Below the pieces are notes generated by a model that ran no database searches, was not told the origin of the DNA, and was given only the letters and a program-made list of their open reading frames with translations. DNA of 64,000 nt. Origin: an uncultured Spirochaetaceae bacterium. GTDB lineage: Bacteria > Spirochaetota > Spirochaetia > Treponematales > Treponemataceae. The DNA lies in NCBI GenBank assembly GCA_902785455.1, contig CACZYY010000008.1, forward strand, positions 851-64,850, given 5' to 3'. This document shows positions 17,349 to 27,356 of this stretch, piece after piece. Position numbers and translations under genes: made by a program. The first letter of the stretch is position 1; each line of letters begins with the position of its first letter.

Positions 17349-19259
17349 TTATTTAAACAGTTTCTTAATCTCGCTTGAATAAATCTCGTTGATTCGGTAG
17401 CGCATGATTTCCTGTTTTGCGGAAAGTTCCACGCCCACCTCAAACGGCTTTTCAAGAAGTGCGATTTTATTGATTCGCTCGTAAGACTTGAAGCCGTTCT
17501 TTGCGTTGACTCGTGTTGCTACCTCGGTTTCAATCAAGTGCAGGACTTCCTGGCTTTTTACCATGTCCGAATATTTTTTGTACGGCAAATCAGATTCCTT
17601 GCAGAAAGACTCAACTTCGCTCTGCTCAGGAACAACCAGTGCCGCAAGATAACGCTGGTCCTGACCAAGAACAACGGCTGTCTGAATAAAGCGTGATTCC
17701 TGCATTTTCATTTCGATTGGAAGAGGCTCCACGTTTTCACCGCCAGTCTGAACGATGGTGTCCTTCATGCGGCCGCAGAGTACGATTTCATTGTTTGCAG
17801 TGAGCCGTGCCAGGTCGCCGGTGTCGAACCAGCCGTTCTCATCGATAGCTTTTGCCGTAAGCTCTGGCTGCTTGTAGTAGCCTTTCATGACAGTCCCGCC
17901 CTTGATTTCGAGGACACCCTTTTTGCCCCGTTTGAGAGGCTTCCTTGTGAGCGGATCAACAACACGGGCAGAAACTCCACGTACAGGAGAGCCGACATTG
18001 CCCAGAACAGGGCGAGCAATCGGTCGGACAGAGATAATCGGTGAGGTTTCGGTGAGGCCATAACCTTCAGAAAGCTTGATTCCGATAGCCCAGAAGAATT
18101 TATCGACATGCGGTGGAAGTGCGCCGCCGCCAGGAACGCCAGAACGGAATCCTGTTCCGAGCATTTTTTTGATTTTGCGGAAAATAATTGCGTGACCGAG
18201 CAATTTGATCGGGTAACAAATAAGCCACGGAAGCACGAAAGCAGGCCACTGAAGCCAGCGTTTGTCCATGCCATAGCGTGTGGTGCGGTCAAAAAGAACT
18301 CGGTCAAGCTTTGAATGGAAAAGGGCGATTGCAACAAAGAATTTGAAGAGACGGAAAACAATGCCGCCTGTTTTTCTCATGTTGCGCCAGATTCCGTCGT
18401 AAACAGCCTCGAAAACTCGTGGTACAGCAGGCAAAACCTGAGGATTGAGTGTTTTGAGGTCAGAAAGCAGGATTGGACCAACCGGCTTTGAATAGCAGAT
18501 TGTTGCTCCCTGATTGAGAACGACATATTCAACAGCTCTCTGATAAGCATGCCATACAGGAAGAACCATGAGACCGCGGTCGCCTGGATACAAATAGATT
18601 CGCTCACAAACTTCATCAAGCTGAGTGATAAAGTTTCCGTGAGAGAGCATTACGCCCTTTGGCTTTCCGGTTGTGCCCGAAGTGAAGATAATCGTTGCCA
18701 GGTCATCCCATTTGCCTTTTTCGATTTCTTCATTGACTTTGCCAGGATTTGCTTCGTTGTATTTTTTGCCTTCTTCGATAATCTGATCAAAAGAATAAAG
18801 TGAGACTCCGGCATTTTTTGCTAGTTCCAGGTCTTTTTCGGATGGTGCTTCAAAAACAATTAGTTCGTTTACAAGCGGAAGTTTTTCTTTGATGCCGAGA
18901 ATCTTTGCAATCTGAGTGGAATTCTCGACGATTACGCGCTTACACTCTGCAAAAGAAAGAATATATTCCAAATCGCCGATTGTAGCGTCACAGCCTCGCG
19001 GAACATCAATTGCGCCGAGCATCATCAAGCCCATGTCGCTCTGTTCCCATTCCTTGCGGTTATCAGAAATGAGACCAATATGCTCCTCGCGCACAACTCC
19101 ATGAACCAAAAGACCGCCGGCAAAATTTACGGCAGCCTCGTAAGCCTCTTTGTAAGTTGTAGGTTCAAAATGACCGTCCTTAAAGCGGCTCATCTGAAAA
19201 GCAAGTTCCGGGTATTCTGAAGCTCTTTTTCTAAAAAGACGAGGCAAAGTTGTTTCCAT
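17349..19259 (-). CDS. Long-chain fatty acid-CoA ligase
   Basis: IFTSGTTGKPKG, EGYGLTE, WFDTGDL, GRMKD..V..GGENV. Confidence 0.92.
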   Translation of the reverse strand: METTLPRLFRKRASEYPELAFQMSRFKDGHFEPTTYKEAYEAAVNFAGGLLVHGVVREEHIGLISDNRKEWEQSDMGLMMLGAIDVPRGCDATIGDLEYILSFAECKRVIVENSTQIAKILGIKEKLPLVNELIVFEAPSEKDLELAKNAGVSLYSFDQIIEEGKKYNEANPGKVNEEIEKGKWDDLATIIFTSGTTGKPKGVMLSHGNFITQLDEVCERIYLYPGDRGLMVLPVWHAYQRAVEYVVLNQGATICYSKPVGPILLSDLKTLNPQVLPAVPRVFEAVYDGIWRNMRKTGGIVFRLFKFFVAIALFHSKLDRVLFDRTTRYGMDKRWLQWPAFVLPWLICYPIKLLGHAIIFRKIKKMLGTGFRSGVPGGGALPPHVDKFFWAIGIKLSEGYGLTETSPIISVRPIARPVLGNVGSPVRGVSARVVDPLTRKPLKRGKKGVLEIKGGTVMKGYYKQPELTAKAIDENGWFDTGDLARLTANNEIVLCGRMKDTIVQTGGENVEPLPIEMKMQESRFIQTAVVLGQDQRYLAALVVPEQSEVESFCKESDLPYKKYSDMVKSQEVLHLIETEVATRVNAKNGFKSYERINKIALLEKPFEVGVELSAKQEIMRYRINEIYSSEIKKLFK

Positions 19260-19280
19260 ATAAATCTCCAAGGTTAAAAA

Positions 19281-19346
19281 GTTAGCAGTGTGCAGTTAGC
19301 AGTGTGCAGTTTAATAAAAAATTACTAACCGCTAACTGCTAACTGA
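19281..19346. repeat. Inverted heptamer tandem repeat (CAGTTAG/CAGTGTG ... CTAACTG)
   Basis: GTTAGCAGTGTGCAGTTAGCAGTGTGCAGT followed by CTAACCGCTAACTGCTAACTG. Confidence 0.7.
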
Positions 19347-19348
19347 TT

Positions 19349-22300
19349 TTATGCCGTAGTTGCAGGGACAACGTTCTTTGCGTCGATTGGATCGTCATCC
19401 ACGAACTGTGCTCCGCCACTTGCGTATTGAATGATTGGCTCTACTTCGCCTTTCTTTGTCCAGATTTTGCCGTTCGGAAGCTCATCCGGGTTTTTGCCGA
19501 TTGGGGCATTTGAAAGAAGAAGTTTGAGACGGTTAAGCTGGTTGACTTCGGATGCGCCCGGATCGTAATCGATTGCGCTGATATTTGACTCAGGGAATCG
19601 GCGTCTCAATTCTTTAATCATGCCTTTACCTGTGATATGGTTTGGCAAACATGCGAATGGCTGAACGCAGGCGATGCTTGGTGCACCAGAGTGAATCAAT
19701 TCTACCATCTCTGCTGTGAGGAACCATCCTTCACCAGAAATATTACCAGTCTGAATCAAGCCTTCAACGCTCTTCATCATATCCCAGATTGAATTAGGTG
19801 CATCAAAACGACGGCTCTTACGCAGACACTTCTTCATGTATCTTCGGTATAATTCCAAAGCCCAGACAGCGAATTTTCCGCTCTTTTCTTCGGATTTTGG
19901 GAATGCAAGCTCGCGGTATCGGAAAACACCGTCCGAGAATGTGTAGAAAAGGAAGTCCATTAAGTCTGGCATGACGCATTCTGCGCCTTCTTTTTCGATT
20001 ACATTTACCATGTCGTTGTTTGCAGTCGGATGGAATTTAACGAGAATTTCACCAACAACACCAACACGGGGCTTTTTAATCGGAAGAATTGGCAGACGAT
20101 CAAAGTCACGCACGATACCCCGAATCAATCTTCGGTATTTAAAGATTGAGTTTGACTTGAGCATTTCTTCTGCTTTTGCGTTCCATTTTTCATAGAGTCG
20201 GTTTGCACTGCCAGGTTCTGCCTCGTAAGGACGAACTCTGTATAAAACTCGCATGAGCAGGTCGCCAAGGAAGGCTGCCATCATGGCTTTGTGAACCATG
20301 CCTGGTGTAAATTGGAATCCAGGGTTCTTTTCCATGCCCAAAGCATTGAGTGAGATTACAGGAACATGGCTCCAGCCCGCATCGTTCAAAGCCCGGCGGA
20401 TAAATCCGATATAGTTTGTAGCACGGCATCCTCCACCTGTCTGAGAGATGATAACGGCTGTTTTATTGATGTCGTATTTTCCTGATTCAAGTGCTTCGAT
20501 AAGCTGACCTGTTACCAGAATTGAAGGATAACAAGCATCGTTGTTTACGAATTTGAGACCTGCATCAACGGCTTTTGGATCAACTGAATCGAGAACGACG
20601 AAATTGAATCCTGAATACTGGAAAGCCTTCTGCAGAAGCCGGAAGTGAATCGGCGACATCTGCGGACAGAGAATCGTATATTCGTGCTTCATTTCTTCTG
20701 TAAAGATTACTCGCTGATAAGCCGCGCTCTTCGATTCAAGTTTTTTTGGATTGCGCTGGCGAGCTTTTACTGCTGCAATGAGAGAACGAATTCGGATTCG
20801 AACTGCACCCAGGTTGCTTCCTTCGTCAATCTTGATGAGCGTGTACATGCGGCTCTTTGACTTCATGATTTCGTCAACTTGATCAGCTGTTACGGCATCG
20901 AGACCACATCCAAATGAAGTGAGCTGAACGAGTTCAAGATTTGGCATTCCTGAGACGAAATTAGCTGCCCTGTACAGGCGGTTGTGATAAGTCCACTGGT
21001 CAATAATTCGCAATGGTCGTTCAACTGAGCCGAGATGTGCGACAGAATCCTCGGTAAATACCGCAAGACCCAAACCGTGAATCATCTCCGGAATACCGTG
21101 GTTAATCTCCGGGTCAAGATGATATGGTCGGCCAGCAAGAACAATACCGTTGCCACCTGTGACAACGAGCTGCTCAAGTGCTTCTTCGGCTGCCTTCTGA
21201 GTATCAATCTTAAACTGCTCCTGCTCCTTCCAGCCTTCGTCTACAGCGGCGAAAACCTGTTCTTTCATTAAAGTAGGGAAGTGCTTGTGAAGCTCCTCGT
21301 AAAGTCGTTCGCGCAGACGAGGCAAATCATAAATCGGCAGGAAAGGATTCATGAAAAGCAAATTTTTGTCTTCGTTGATTGAGTCAAGGTTGTGTTTAAG
21401 AACTTCTGGATATGAAGTTACGACCGGACAGTTGTAATGGTTGCCCGCGCCTTTGTCCTCGACTTTTTCATAAGGAATACATGGATAGAAAATGAATTTG
21501 CATCCCATTTTGAGGAGCGATTCCATGTGTCCGTGAGAAATTTTTGCAGGGTAGCAGACTGACTCAGATGGAATTGAATCGATACCACGCTCGTAAATCA
21601 TTCGGCTTGAACGAGGTGAAGTTTTGACCTGGAAGCCGAGTTTTGTAAAGATTGTGAACCAGAGCGGATAGTTCTCGTACATGTTGAGTACACGTGGAAT
21701 TCCAACGCTTCCCATTGGTGCTTCTTCTGGCCTGAGCGGAATATAATGGTTGAAAAGACGTTTGTACTTCCAGTCAAAGAGATTTGGAAGCTCGTAGCCT
21801 GTTGACTCGACGCCTGTGTTTTCTTTGTTTGAGCCATCGACTGTTTTTGCGTTTTCGTCCTTAAGCTGATGTCGTTCAAGGCCCTTTTCACAGCGGTTTC
21901 CTGTGATGAACTGACGCTTTTGTCCGCCTGTTGTGAATGTATTGATTGTAAGAAGACAGTTGTTCTGGCAGCCACCGCATCGTGTAAGCTCAAGATCGAC
22001 TTTGAACTGCTCAAGCTGCTCTAGAGTTGCGATGTTTGAAACAATCTTCGGCGGAACCCAGTTCTTTTCCTGACCTGGTTTTGGAGCGGTAAGGTCGCAC
22101 CACTGGTCGTAAGCGATGAGGGCAGATCCGTATGCGCCCATAAGACCTGCAACATCCGGCCGGAATACATTTACGCCCGCAATTTTTTCGAATGCACGGA
22201 GAACCGCGTCGTTATAGAAAGTGCCGCCCTGAACAACGACTTTTGTGCCGATTTCAGAAGCACGGCGGAGTTTGATTACTTTGAAAAGCGCATTTTTGAT

Positions 22301-23920
22301 TACTGAATAAGAAAGACCTGCTGAAATGTCATCGATTGTAGCGCCTTCTTTTTGAGCCTGTTTTACGCGGCTGTTCATGAAGACTGTACAGCGTGAACCC
22401 AAATCGACCGGTTTTTTTGCAAGAAGCGCGCGTTTTGAGAATTCTTTTATGTCCAGGTTCATTGAATTTGCGAAGTTTGCAAGGAATGAACCACAACCAG
22501 CAGAACAAGCCTCGTTGAGCTGAATCGAAGTGATTGCACCGTCTTTCATGCGAAGACACTTCATGTCCTGACCACCGATGTCCAGCAAGAACTCGACTCC
22601 AGGAACAAAGAATTCGGCTGCACGGTAGTGAGTGATTGTCTCGACTTCACCCGCATCTACTCCAAGTGCTGCCTGAAAAAGTGCCTCGCCGTAACCTGTT
22701 GATACAGCGCGGGCAATGTAACAGTCTTTTGGCAGAATCTTGTACAAGTCTTTGAGAACTCGGACGGCCAGATCAACCGGATTTCCTGCATTTACATCGT
22801 AGAAATCCCACAAGATTTCGCCTTTTTTGTTTACAAGAACGGCTTTTGTTGTTGTAGAGCCTGCATCCAATCCCAAAAAAAGCGGGCCTGAAGCGGAATT
22901 CAAGTCGCCGCGTTTTGCTTTGTCCTCACCGTGACGAGCGCGGAATCGTGCCAAATCTTCTTCATCAACGAAAAGCGGATCAAGTCGTTGAACTTCGCTA
23001 AGCTCGGCTCCCTCAAGATTCTTCAAGCTGTCCCTAAATTCTGCAATAGTTGGGAATTTCTTTGGCATTGAAGATGAAAGCGGATTGCAGACCTTTTCGG
23101 CAGAGTAAGCTGAGCCTGCCGCAACGAAAAGCTGGCTGTCTTCCGGGACGATGATTTCGTCGTCTTTGAGTTTGAGAGTTTCGATAAATCGCACGCGGAG
23201 CTGGTCCAAAAAGTGCAAAGGCCCTCCCAAGAATGCAACATGACCGCGAATCGGTTTGCCACAGGCGAGGCCTGAAATTGTCTGGTTTACGACGGCCTGA
23301 AAAATTGAAGCCGCAATGTCCTCGCGGCGGGCACCTTCGTTAATGAGCGGTTGAACGTCTGTTTTGGCAAAAACACCGCATCGTGCTGCGATAGGATAAA
23401 TCTGCTGGCAGCCGGCTGCAAGTTTGTTGAGCCCTGGGGCGTCTGTTTCGAGAAGGGCTGCCATCTGGTCGATGAATGCACCTGTACCGCCTGCGCAAGT
23501 GCCGTTCATTCGTTGTTCGACACCGCCTGTGAAATAAGTGATTTTTGCATCCTCACCGCCGAGCTCGATTACAACATCGGTCTGAGGAATGAGCTTTTTG
23601 ACGGCTGTGGTAGCCGCAACGACTTCCTGAATGAATGGGATATTGAGCCACTGAGAAACAGACAAGCCGCCTGAGCCTGTGACTTTTACAGAAACAGTAT
23701 GCTTGTCGCCGAGTTTTGCGCTTTTTTCGACTTCGTTAAGAGCCTGTGTAACAACATTTATGATTGTATTACGAATATCTGCTCGATGACGCTGATAGTC
23801 ACCGTAGAGCATTTTATCATTTTCATCAAGACAAACGACTTTTACCGTAGTTGAACCGACATCTATACCAATACGGATAGGTGTGACCGCTGGTGTGAAT
23901 ACTGTATTAGCTGTTTCCAT
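19349..23920 (-). CDS. Fused 2-hydroxyacyl-CoA dehydratase activase (2x BcrAD/BadFG ASKHA ATPase + DUF2229)
   Basis: GIDVGSTT, ELGGEDAK, MNGTCAGGTG, LDAGSTT, DIGGQD, NEACSAGCG, SESVCYP, SFGCG, QPFACLPN. Confidence 0.9.
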   Translation of the reverse strand: METANTVFTPAVTPIRIGIDVGSTTVKVVCLDENDKMLYGDYQRHRADIRNTIINVVTQALNEVEKSAKLGDKHTVSVKVTGSGGLSVSQWLNIPFIQEVVAATTAVKKLIPQTDVVIELGGEDAKITYFTGGVEQRMNGTCAGGTGAFIDQMAALLETDAPGLNKLAAGCQQIYPIAARCGVFAKTDVQPLINEGARREDIAASIFQAVVNQTISGLACGKPIRGHVAFLGGPLHFLDQLRVRFIETLKLKDDEIIVPEDSQLFVAAGSAYSAEKVCNPLSSSMPKKFPTIAEFRDSLKNLEGAELSEVQRLDPLFVDEEDLARFRARHGEDKAKRGDLNSASGPLFLGLDAGSTTTKAVLVNKKGEILWDFYDVNAGNPVDLAVRVLKDLYKILPKDCYIARAVSTGYGEALFQAALGVDAGEVETITHYRAAEFFVPGVEFLLDIGGQDMKCLRMKDGAITSIQLNEACSAGCGSFLANFANSMNLDIKEFSKRALLAKKPVDLGSRCTVFMNSRVKQAQKEGATIDDISAGLSYSVIKNALFKVIKLRRASEIGTKVVVQGGTFYNDAVLRAFEKIAGVNVFRPDVAGLMGAYGSALIAYDQWCDLTAPKPGQEKNWVPPKIVSNIATLEQLEQFKVDLELTRCGGCQNNCLLTINTFTTGGQKRQFITGNRCEKGLERHQLKDENAKTVDGSNKENTGVESTGYELPNLFDWKYKRLFNHYIPLRPEEAPMGSVGIPRVLNMYENYPLWFTIFTKLGFQVKTSPRSSRMIYERGIDSIPSESVCYPAKISHGHMESLLKMGCKFIFYPCIPYEKVEDKGAGNHYNCPVVTSYPEVLKHNLDSINEDKNLLFMNPFLPIYDLPRLRERLYEELHKHFPTLMKEQVFAAVDEGWKEQEQFKIDTQKAAEEALEQLVVTGGNGIVLAGRPYHLDPEINHGIPEMIHGLGLAVFTEDSVAHLGSVERPLRIIDQWTYHNRLYRAANFVSGMPNLELVQLTSFGCGLDAVTADQVDEIMKSKSRMYTLIKIDEGSNLGAVRIRIRSLIAAVKARQRNPKKLESKSAAYQRVIFTEEMKHEYTILCPQMSPIHFRLLQKAFQYSGFNFVVLDSVDPKAVDAGLKFVNNDACYPSILVTGQLIEALESGKYDINKTAVIISQTGGGCRATNYIGFIRRALNDAGWSHVPVISLNALGMEKNPGFQFTPGMVHKAMMAAFLGDLLMRVLYRVRPYEAEPGSANRLYEKWNAKAEEMLKSNSIFKYRRLIRGIVRDFDRLPILPIKKPRVGVVGEILVKFHPTANNDMVNVIEKEGAECVMPDLMDFLFYTFSDGVFRYRELAFPKSEEKSGKFAVWALELYRRYMKKCLRKSRRFDAPNSIWDMMKSVEGLIQTGNISGEGWFLTAEMVELIHSGAPSIACVQPFACLPNHITGKGMIKELRRRFPESNISAIDYDPGASEVNQLNRLKLLLSNAPIGKNPDELPNGKIWTKKGEVEPIIQYASGGAQFVDDDPIDAKNVVPATTA

Positions 23921-24022
23921 ATCCCTATATAATATCTTTTAAATAAGAAGAATTCAACAGATTGTTTTTTTGCATGATTGCTAAAGTCATGTTATAATTT
24001 ATTTTAGGAGGCAGTGGAAATT

Positions 24023-24547
24023 ATGAATCAGATTGAAATGTCTAAGCAAATGCGTAAAGTCGGATTCTGCATGAATTTTTTGATGGGAATAAGCCTTAGT
24101 TTCTTCCTTTCTCTGATTGGAATGGCTTCTTCGGGTCATTTTGAAGTTAAGGGATGGCTTGTAAGCTTTGTCGCGAGCACCATATTGAGCATTCTGATTG
24201 GATTTTGCGTGCCGATTCACAAAATTGGAACATCTCTCGCAACTAAAATCGGCTTAAAAGAGCGCACTCTGCCTTTTCATCTTTTTGGCTCTTTCGTTTC
24301 GGATTGCTTTTACACGCCTCTTATGAGTTTTTCAATGGTAGCTCTTGCGTATCTTGGAATGAAAAAACAGTTTGCCGTTGCTATTGCCAACGGTGCGCCA
24401 GCGGATTCTCTTCCTCAGATTACATTTTTGCAGATATTTTTGCCGAGCCTTATTGTTACGATGATTGCGGGATATTTTTTGATTCTTGTGCTTCAGCCGC
24501 TGTTCTTGAAAATCCTGATTAAAAAGCCTGAGACTTCAAAAAACTGA
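24023..24547 (+). CDS. Hypothetical membrane protein (about 4 TM)
   Basis: Hydrophobic ORF with upstream AGGAGG. Confidence 0.7.
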   Translation: MNQIEMSKQMRKVGFCMNFLMGISLSFFLSLIGMASSGHFEVKGWLVSFVASTILSILIGFCVPIHKIGTSLATKIGLKERTLPFHLFGSFVSDCFYTPLMSFSMVALAYLGMKKQFAVAIANGAPADSLPQITFLQIFLPSLIVTMIAGYFLILVLQPLFLKILIKKPETSKN

Positions 24548-24573
24548 ATCTGTTGCACTGGCCGTCCGAGTGT

Positions 24574-25971
24574 TTAGCATATTGCGGGCGCTTTGTTTCG
24601 GCGGTCAACATCTTTGTGAAGGGCATAGAAGCTTTCTTTGTCGCGGTACATTGCTTCGTCTGCAAGGTGCATCGAGTGCCGGAGATCATCGCCATCTTCG
24701 TTCCAGTCGGAGCCAACCGCAAGGCTGACTTGTGAGCCATAGCAACTTTTGGACTTGAGTTTTGCGACCTTTTCTTCGAACTCTTCTTTTGAGCAAGCCG
24801 GGCAGATTATTACGAATTCATCGCCGCCGGCACGATAAATTTCGTCTTCGGTAAAAATAGATTTGATACAGGCCGCGGCTGATTTGATAAGCTCGTCGCC
24901 GGCAGCATGACCTTTTTTGTCATTCATTTGTTTGAGCCCGTTTAAGTCGGCAAAGATAACACCAAACGGAGCCGCAATTTTTTGCTCGCCAGTTACGAAC
25001 ATATCAACCCGGTAGTTCATGGAGTTGCGGTTTTTAACGCCTGTTAGTAAATCTTCATGGCCTAATTTTTCCAGCTTTTCTACAAGGATATGCTCAGAAA
25101 TTTCAGAAGTGAGGAAGAATGCCGTAAGTGCTGCAAGTTCTTTGATTTGTACGAGCTTCTGGGTGTCAAAATTAGCGATGAAAAGATAGCCCATCGCAGT
25201 TTTGCCCTGCATGAGCGGAAAAAGGATAAGACTTGTGACTAAAGTTTGCTTGAGGTTTTCTGCCCATAAAGGATTAATCTTTTCGAGAGCCTGAAGGTCG
25301 TGCTTGTCCTTGATGATAACACCGTCACTTCCACCGATTGTTTTATCCCATGTTTCGACAACTTCGTATGGAAGAAGATGCTTATGTTCCTTCATGGATA
25401 CTTCTTTGCTGAGAAATTTTTCGCAGAGAACTTCATAGTCCCTGTTTTTTCGATCGACTTGAAGAATGCATGTGGCGACCGCATCGGATTTTATCATTAA
25501 ATCTTCCATTACAAGACTGAGACTTGAATAAAAATCCGTTGCACTTCGCAAAATCACGCAATTTTTTATAACGGTAGATGCTATGTCTGCTGAAATTGTG
25601 GACATCCTGTTTGCGTCAGGTTTTTTGGTGAACTCGAAGAAAAATGCACAATAGCTGATTTCGTCATCACCGCCTTCAAGCGGCAGAAAAGTGATGTCCG
25701 ACCAGCAGTTCATGTAGCGGGTTTCGACATAAGTGTGAAGTTTTTGCTTTTGAAATGCACAGCGGTAACAGAAGTCTTCGAATTTTGAATCTTTTGGAAC
25801 CATGTCTGAGTAAAGCATGTCATCGCGATAACGTGCGACGCCCATGGTTCCTTTGTAACAGTCGTTTGCCCTGTGTATACGGACTTCACTGGCATGACCT
25901 GCCACACCCTTTTTGACTGCGAGAATGGCACAGGCCGATGAAAATGTATTTACGAAGATTTGAAAATCCAT
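24574..25971 (-). CDS. Cytoplasmic diguanylate cyclase with PAS-like/GAF-like sensor region
   Basis: DLLTGVKNR, DLNGLKQMND..GH..GD, YRAGGDEF, ADEAMY..K. Confidence 0.9.
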   Translation of the reverse strand: MDFQIFVNTFSSACAILAVKKGVAGHASEVRIHRANDCYKGTMGVARYRDDMLYSDMVPKDSKFEDFCYRCAFQKQKLHTYVETRYMNCWSDITFLPLEGGDDEISYCAFFFEFTKKPDANRMSTISADIASTVIKNCVILRSATDFYSSLSLVMEDLMIKSDAVATCILQVDRKNRDYEVLCEKFLSKEVSMKEHKHLLPYEVVETWDKTIGGSDGVIIKDKHDLQALEKINPLWAENLKQTLVTSLILFPLMQGKTAMGYLFIANFDTQKLVQIKELAALTAFFLTSEISEHILVEKLEKLGHEDLLTGVKNRNSMNYRVDMFVTGEQKIAAPFGVIFADLNGLKQMNDKKGHAAGDELIKSAAACIKSIFTEDEIYRAGGDEFVIICPACSKEEFEEKVAKLKSKSCYGSQVSLAVGSDWNEDGDDLRHSMHLADEAMYRDKESFYALHKDVDRRNKAPAIC

Positions 25972-26026
25972 ATTGCTTTATTATAAACCGAAAAATCTTA
26001 TTCCGTAAATCAAAATTTAAGAAAAT

Positions 26027-26728
26027 TTAAATTAATTTGGCAAAGAAAGGCATTACGACGACAGTCAAAAGACCGCAGACGGCGATTGAAAGTCCGCTCA
26101 TTGCTCCCTGAACTTCGCCCATTTCAAAAGCTTTTGCCGTGCCCATTGCGTGGCCTGTCGTTCCACAAGCGATACCGCAAGCGACAGGCTCCGTGATTCT
26201 GAAAATCTTGCAGAAGATGATTCCGAAGATGTTAGCCATGTTGCCAGCGATGGAAATCAAAAGAATTGTGAGTGCTTCGATTCCGCCGTTCTGGTTTGAA
26301 AGTGCGATTCCGATTGGCGTGGTGATTGATTTCGGAAGAACTGAAACATATTCCGTGTGTCCGATTTTGAATAAATAGCACATTCCGAAGATGAAAAACG
26401 CATTTGCCAAAATTCCGCCCAAAATACCGAGAATTATTGCAAGTGCGTTTTCTTTGAGCTTTGAAAACTGGCGGTAAAGCGGAATTGCGAGCGCAACCGT
26501 GCAAGGAGTCATGAGATAATAGAGAAAACTTGCTCCTTTAAGGTAGCTTTCGTAAGGAACTTTGAGTACAACAAGGAAGATGATTATGAAAGTGCATGAA
26601 GTGAGAAGCGGTGCGAGAAGGACAAATTTTGTCTTTTTGTAGATTATGTCGGCAACCCAAAATGCACCGAGTGAGATAAAAAGTCCGAAAGATGTTGAAT
26701 TTGTTAAAAACTCAGAAAGAGGTTCCAT
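26027..26728 (-). CDS. lrgB: LrgB family membrane protein
   Basis: TVALAIPLY, PKSITTPI, GTTGHAMGT. Confidence 0.9.
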   Translation of the reverse strand: MEPLSEFLTNSTSFGLFISLGAFWVADIIYKKTKFVLLAPLLTSCTFIIIFLVVLKVPYESYLKGASFLYYLMTPCTVALAIPLYRQFSKLKENALAIILGILGGILANAFFIFGMCYLFKIGHTEYVSVLPKSITTPIGIALSNQNGGIEALTILLISIAGNMANIFGIIFCKIFRITEPVACGIACGTTGHAMGTAKAFEMGEVQGAMSGLSIAVCGLLTVVVMPFFAKLI

Positions 26729-26780
26729 ATAAATACCTGATTTAAACAATGATTACACAAGTAGCACAGAAAAATCTATG

Positions 26781-27164
26781 TTAATCTGTGAGACTTGTGT
26801 TTTTCTTTCCATTTAATTTTTTCGTAATCCGAATCACGAGCTGTGTGACGTGCCCGGCTACAAAGAATACGACAATACTTCCAACGATTCCGATAATAAG
26901 GAACTGAAGCCAGCGGACTTTGAGAATATCCCATGCGAGAATCAGCCCTACTGTTGAAGGAATAAAAAGAAGCGGCATGATGTTGAGAAGTGCGTCCGAA
27001 GCCTCATCAACAGCAGAAAGTGGCATGATTTTCGTCTGTAATGCCGCGAACATGAGCACAAGCCCGTAAATGCTCGCGGGTACCGGCAGAGGAATCACTT
27101 CATGGAGAATCTCACCAATAAAACAAGTGATAACTAATATTGTGAATTGTTTTACTAAACGCAT
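26781..27164 (-). CDS. lrgA: CidA/LrgA family holin-like protein
   Basis: Q..IL....GE, PLPVPASIYG, MPLLFIP. Start placed at ATG 27164 because the upstream GTG lies in a repeat. Confidence 0.88.
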   Translation of the reverse strand: MRLVKQFTILVITCFIGEILHEVIPLPVPASIYGLVLMFAALQTKIMPLSAVDEASDALLNIMPLLFIPSTVGLILAWDILKVRWLQFLIIGIVGSIVVFFVAGHVTQLVIRITKKLNGKKNTSLTD

Positions 27165-27175
27165 AATTTTTTTTG

Positions 27176-27258
27176 TTGCCACACGGATTCGAAATTGCTA
27201 CGCAATTTCTTTAAAAATAATGGTTGATTTTCCGTAGGAAAATCGAATCTGTGTGGCA
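27176..27258. repeat. REPIN-like inverted doublet (repeat family 3), copy 1
   Basis: Two inverted ~32-bp units GCCACAC.GATTCGA-stem-CTACG-stem; second copy at 44811-44903. Confidence 0.8.
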
Positions 27259-27280
27259 TCCTTTTACTCTTTTCCGCGGC

Positions 27281-27356
27281 TCAGGCATAGCCTTCGCCGA
27301 GACTCGTTAAAAACTCACCTCGTGAGTTTTTCCCCCGCAAGCGGGGTCACTCCCTA
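27281..27356 (+). repeat. Repeat family 6, copy 2; abuts or overlaps the purF stop
   Basis: GGCATAGCCTTCG..GAGACTCGTTAAAAACTCACCTCGTGAGTTTTT...CTCCCTA. Confidence 0.6.
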
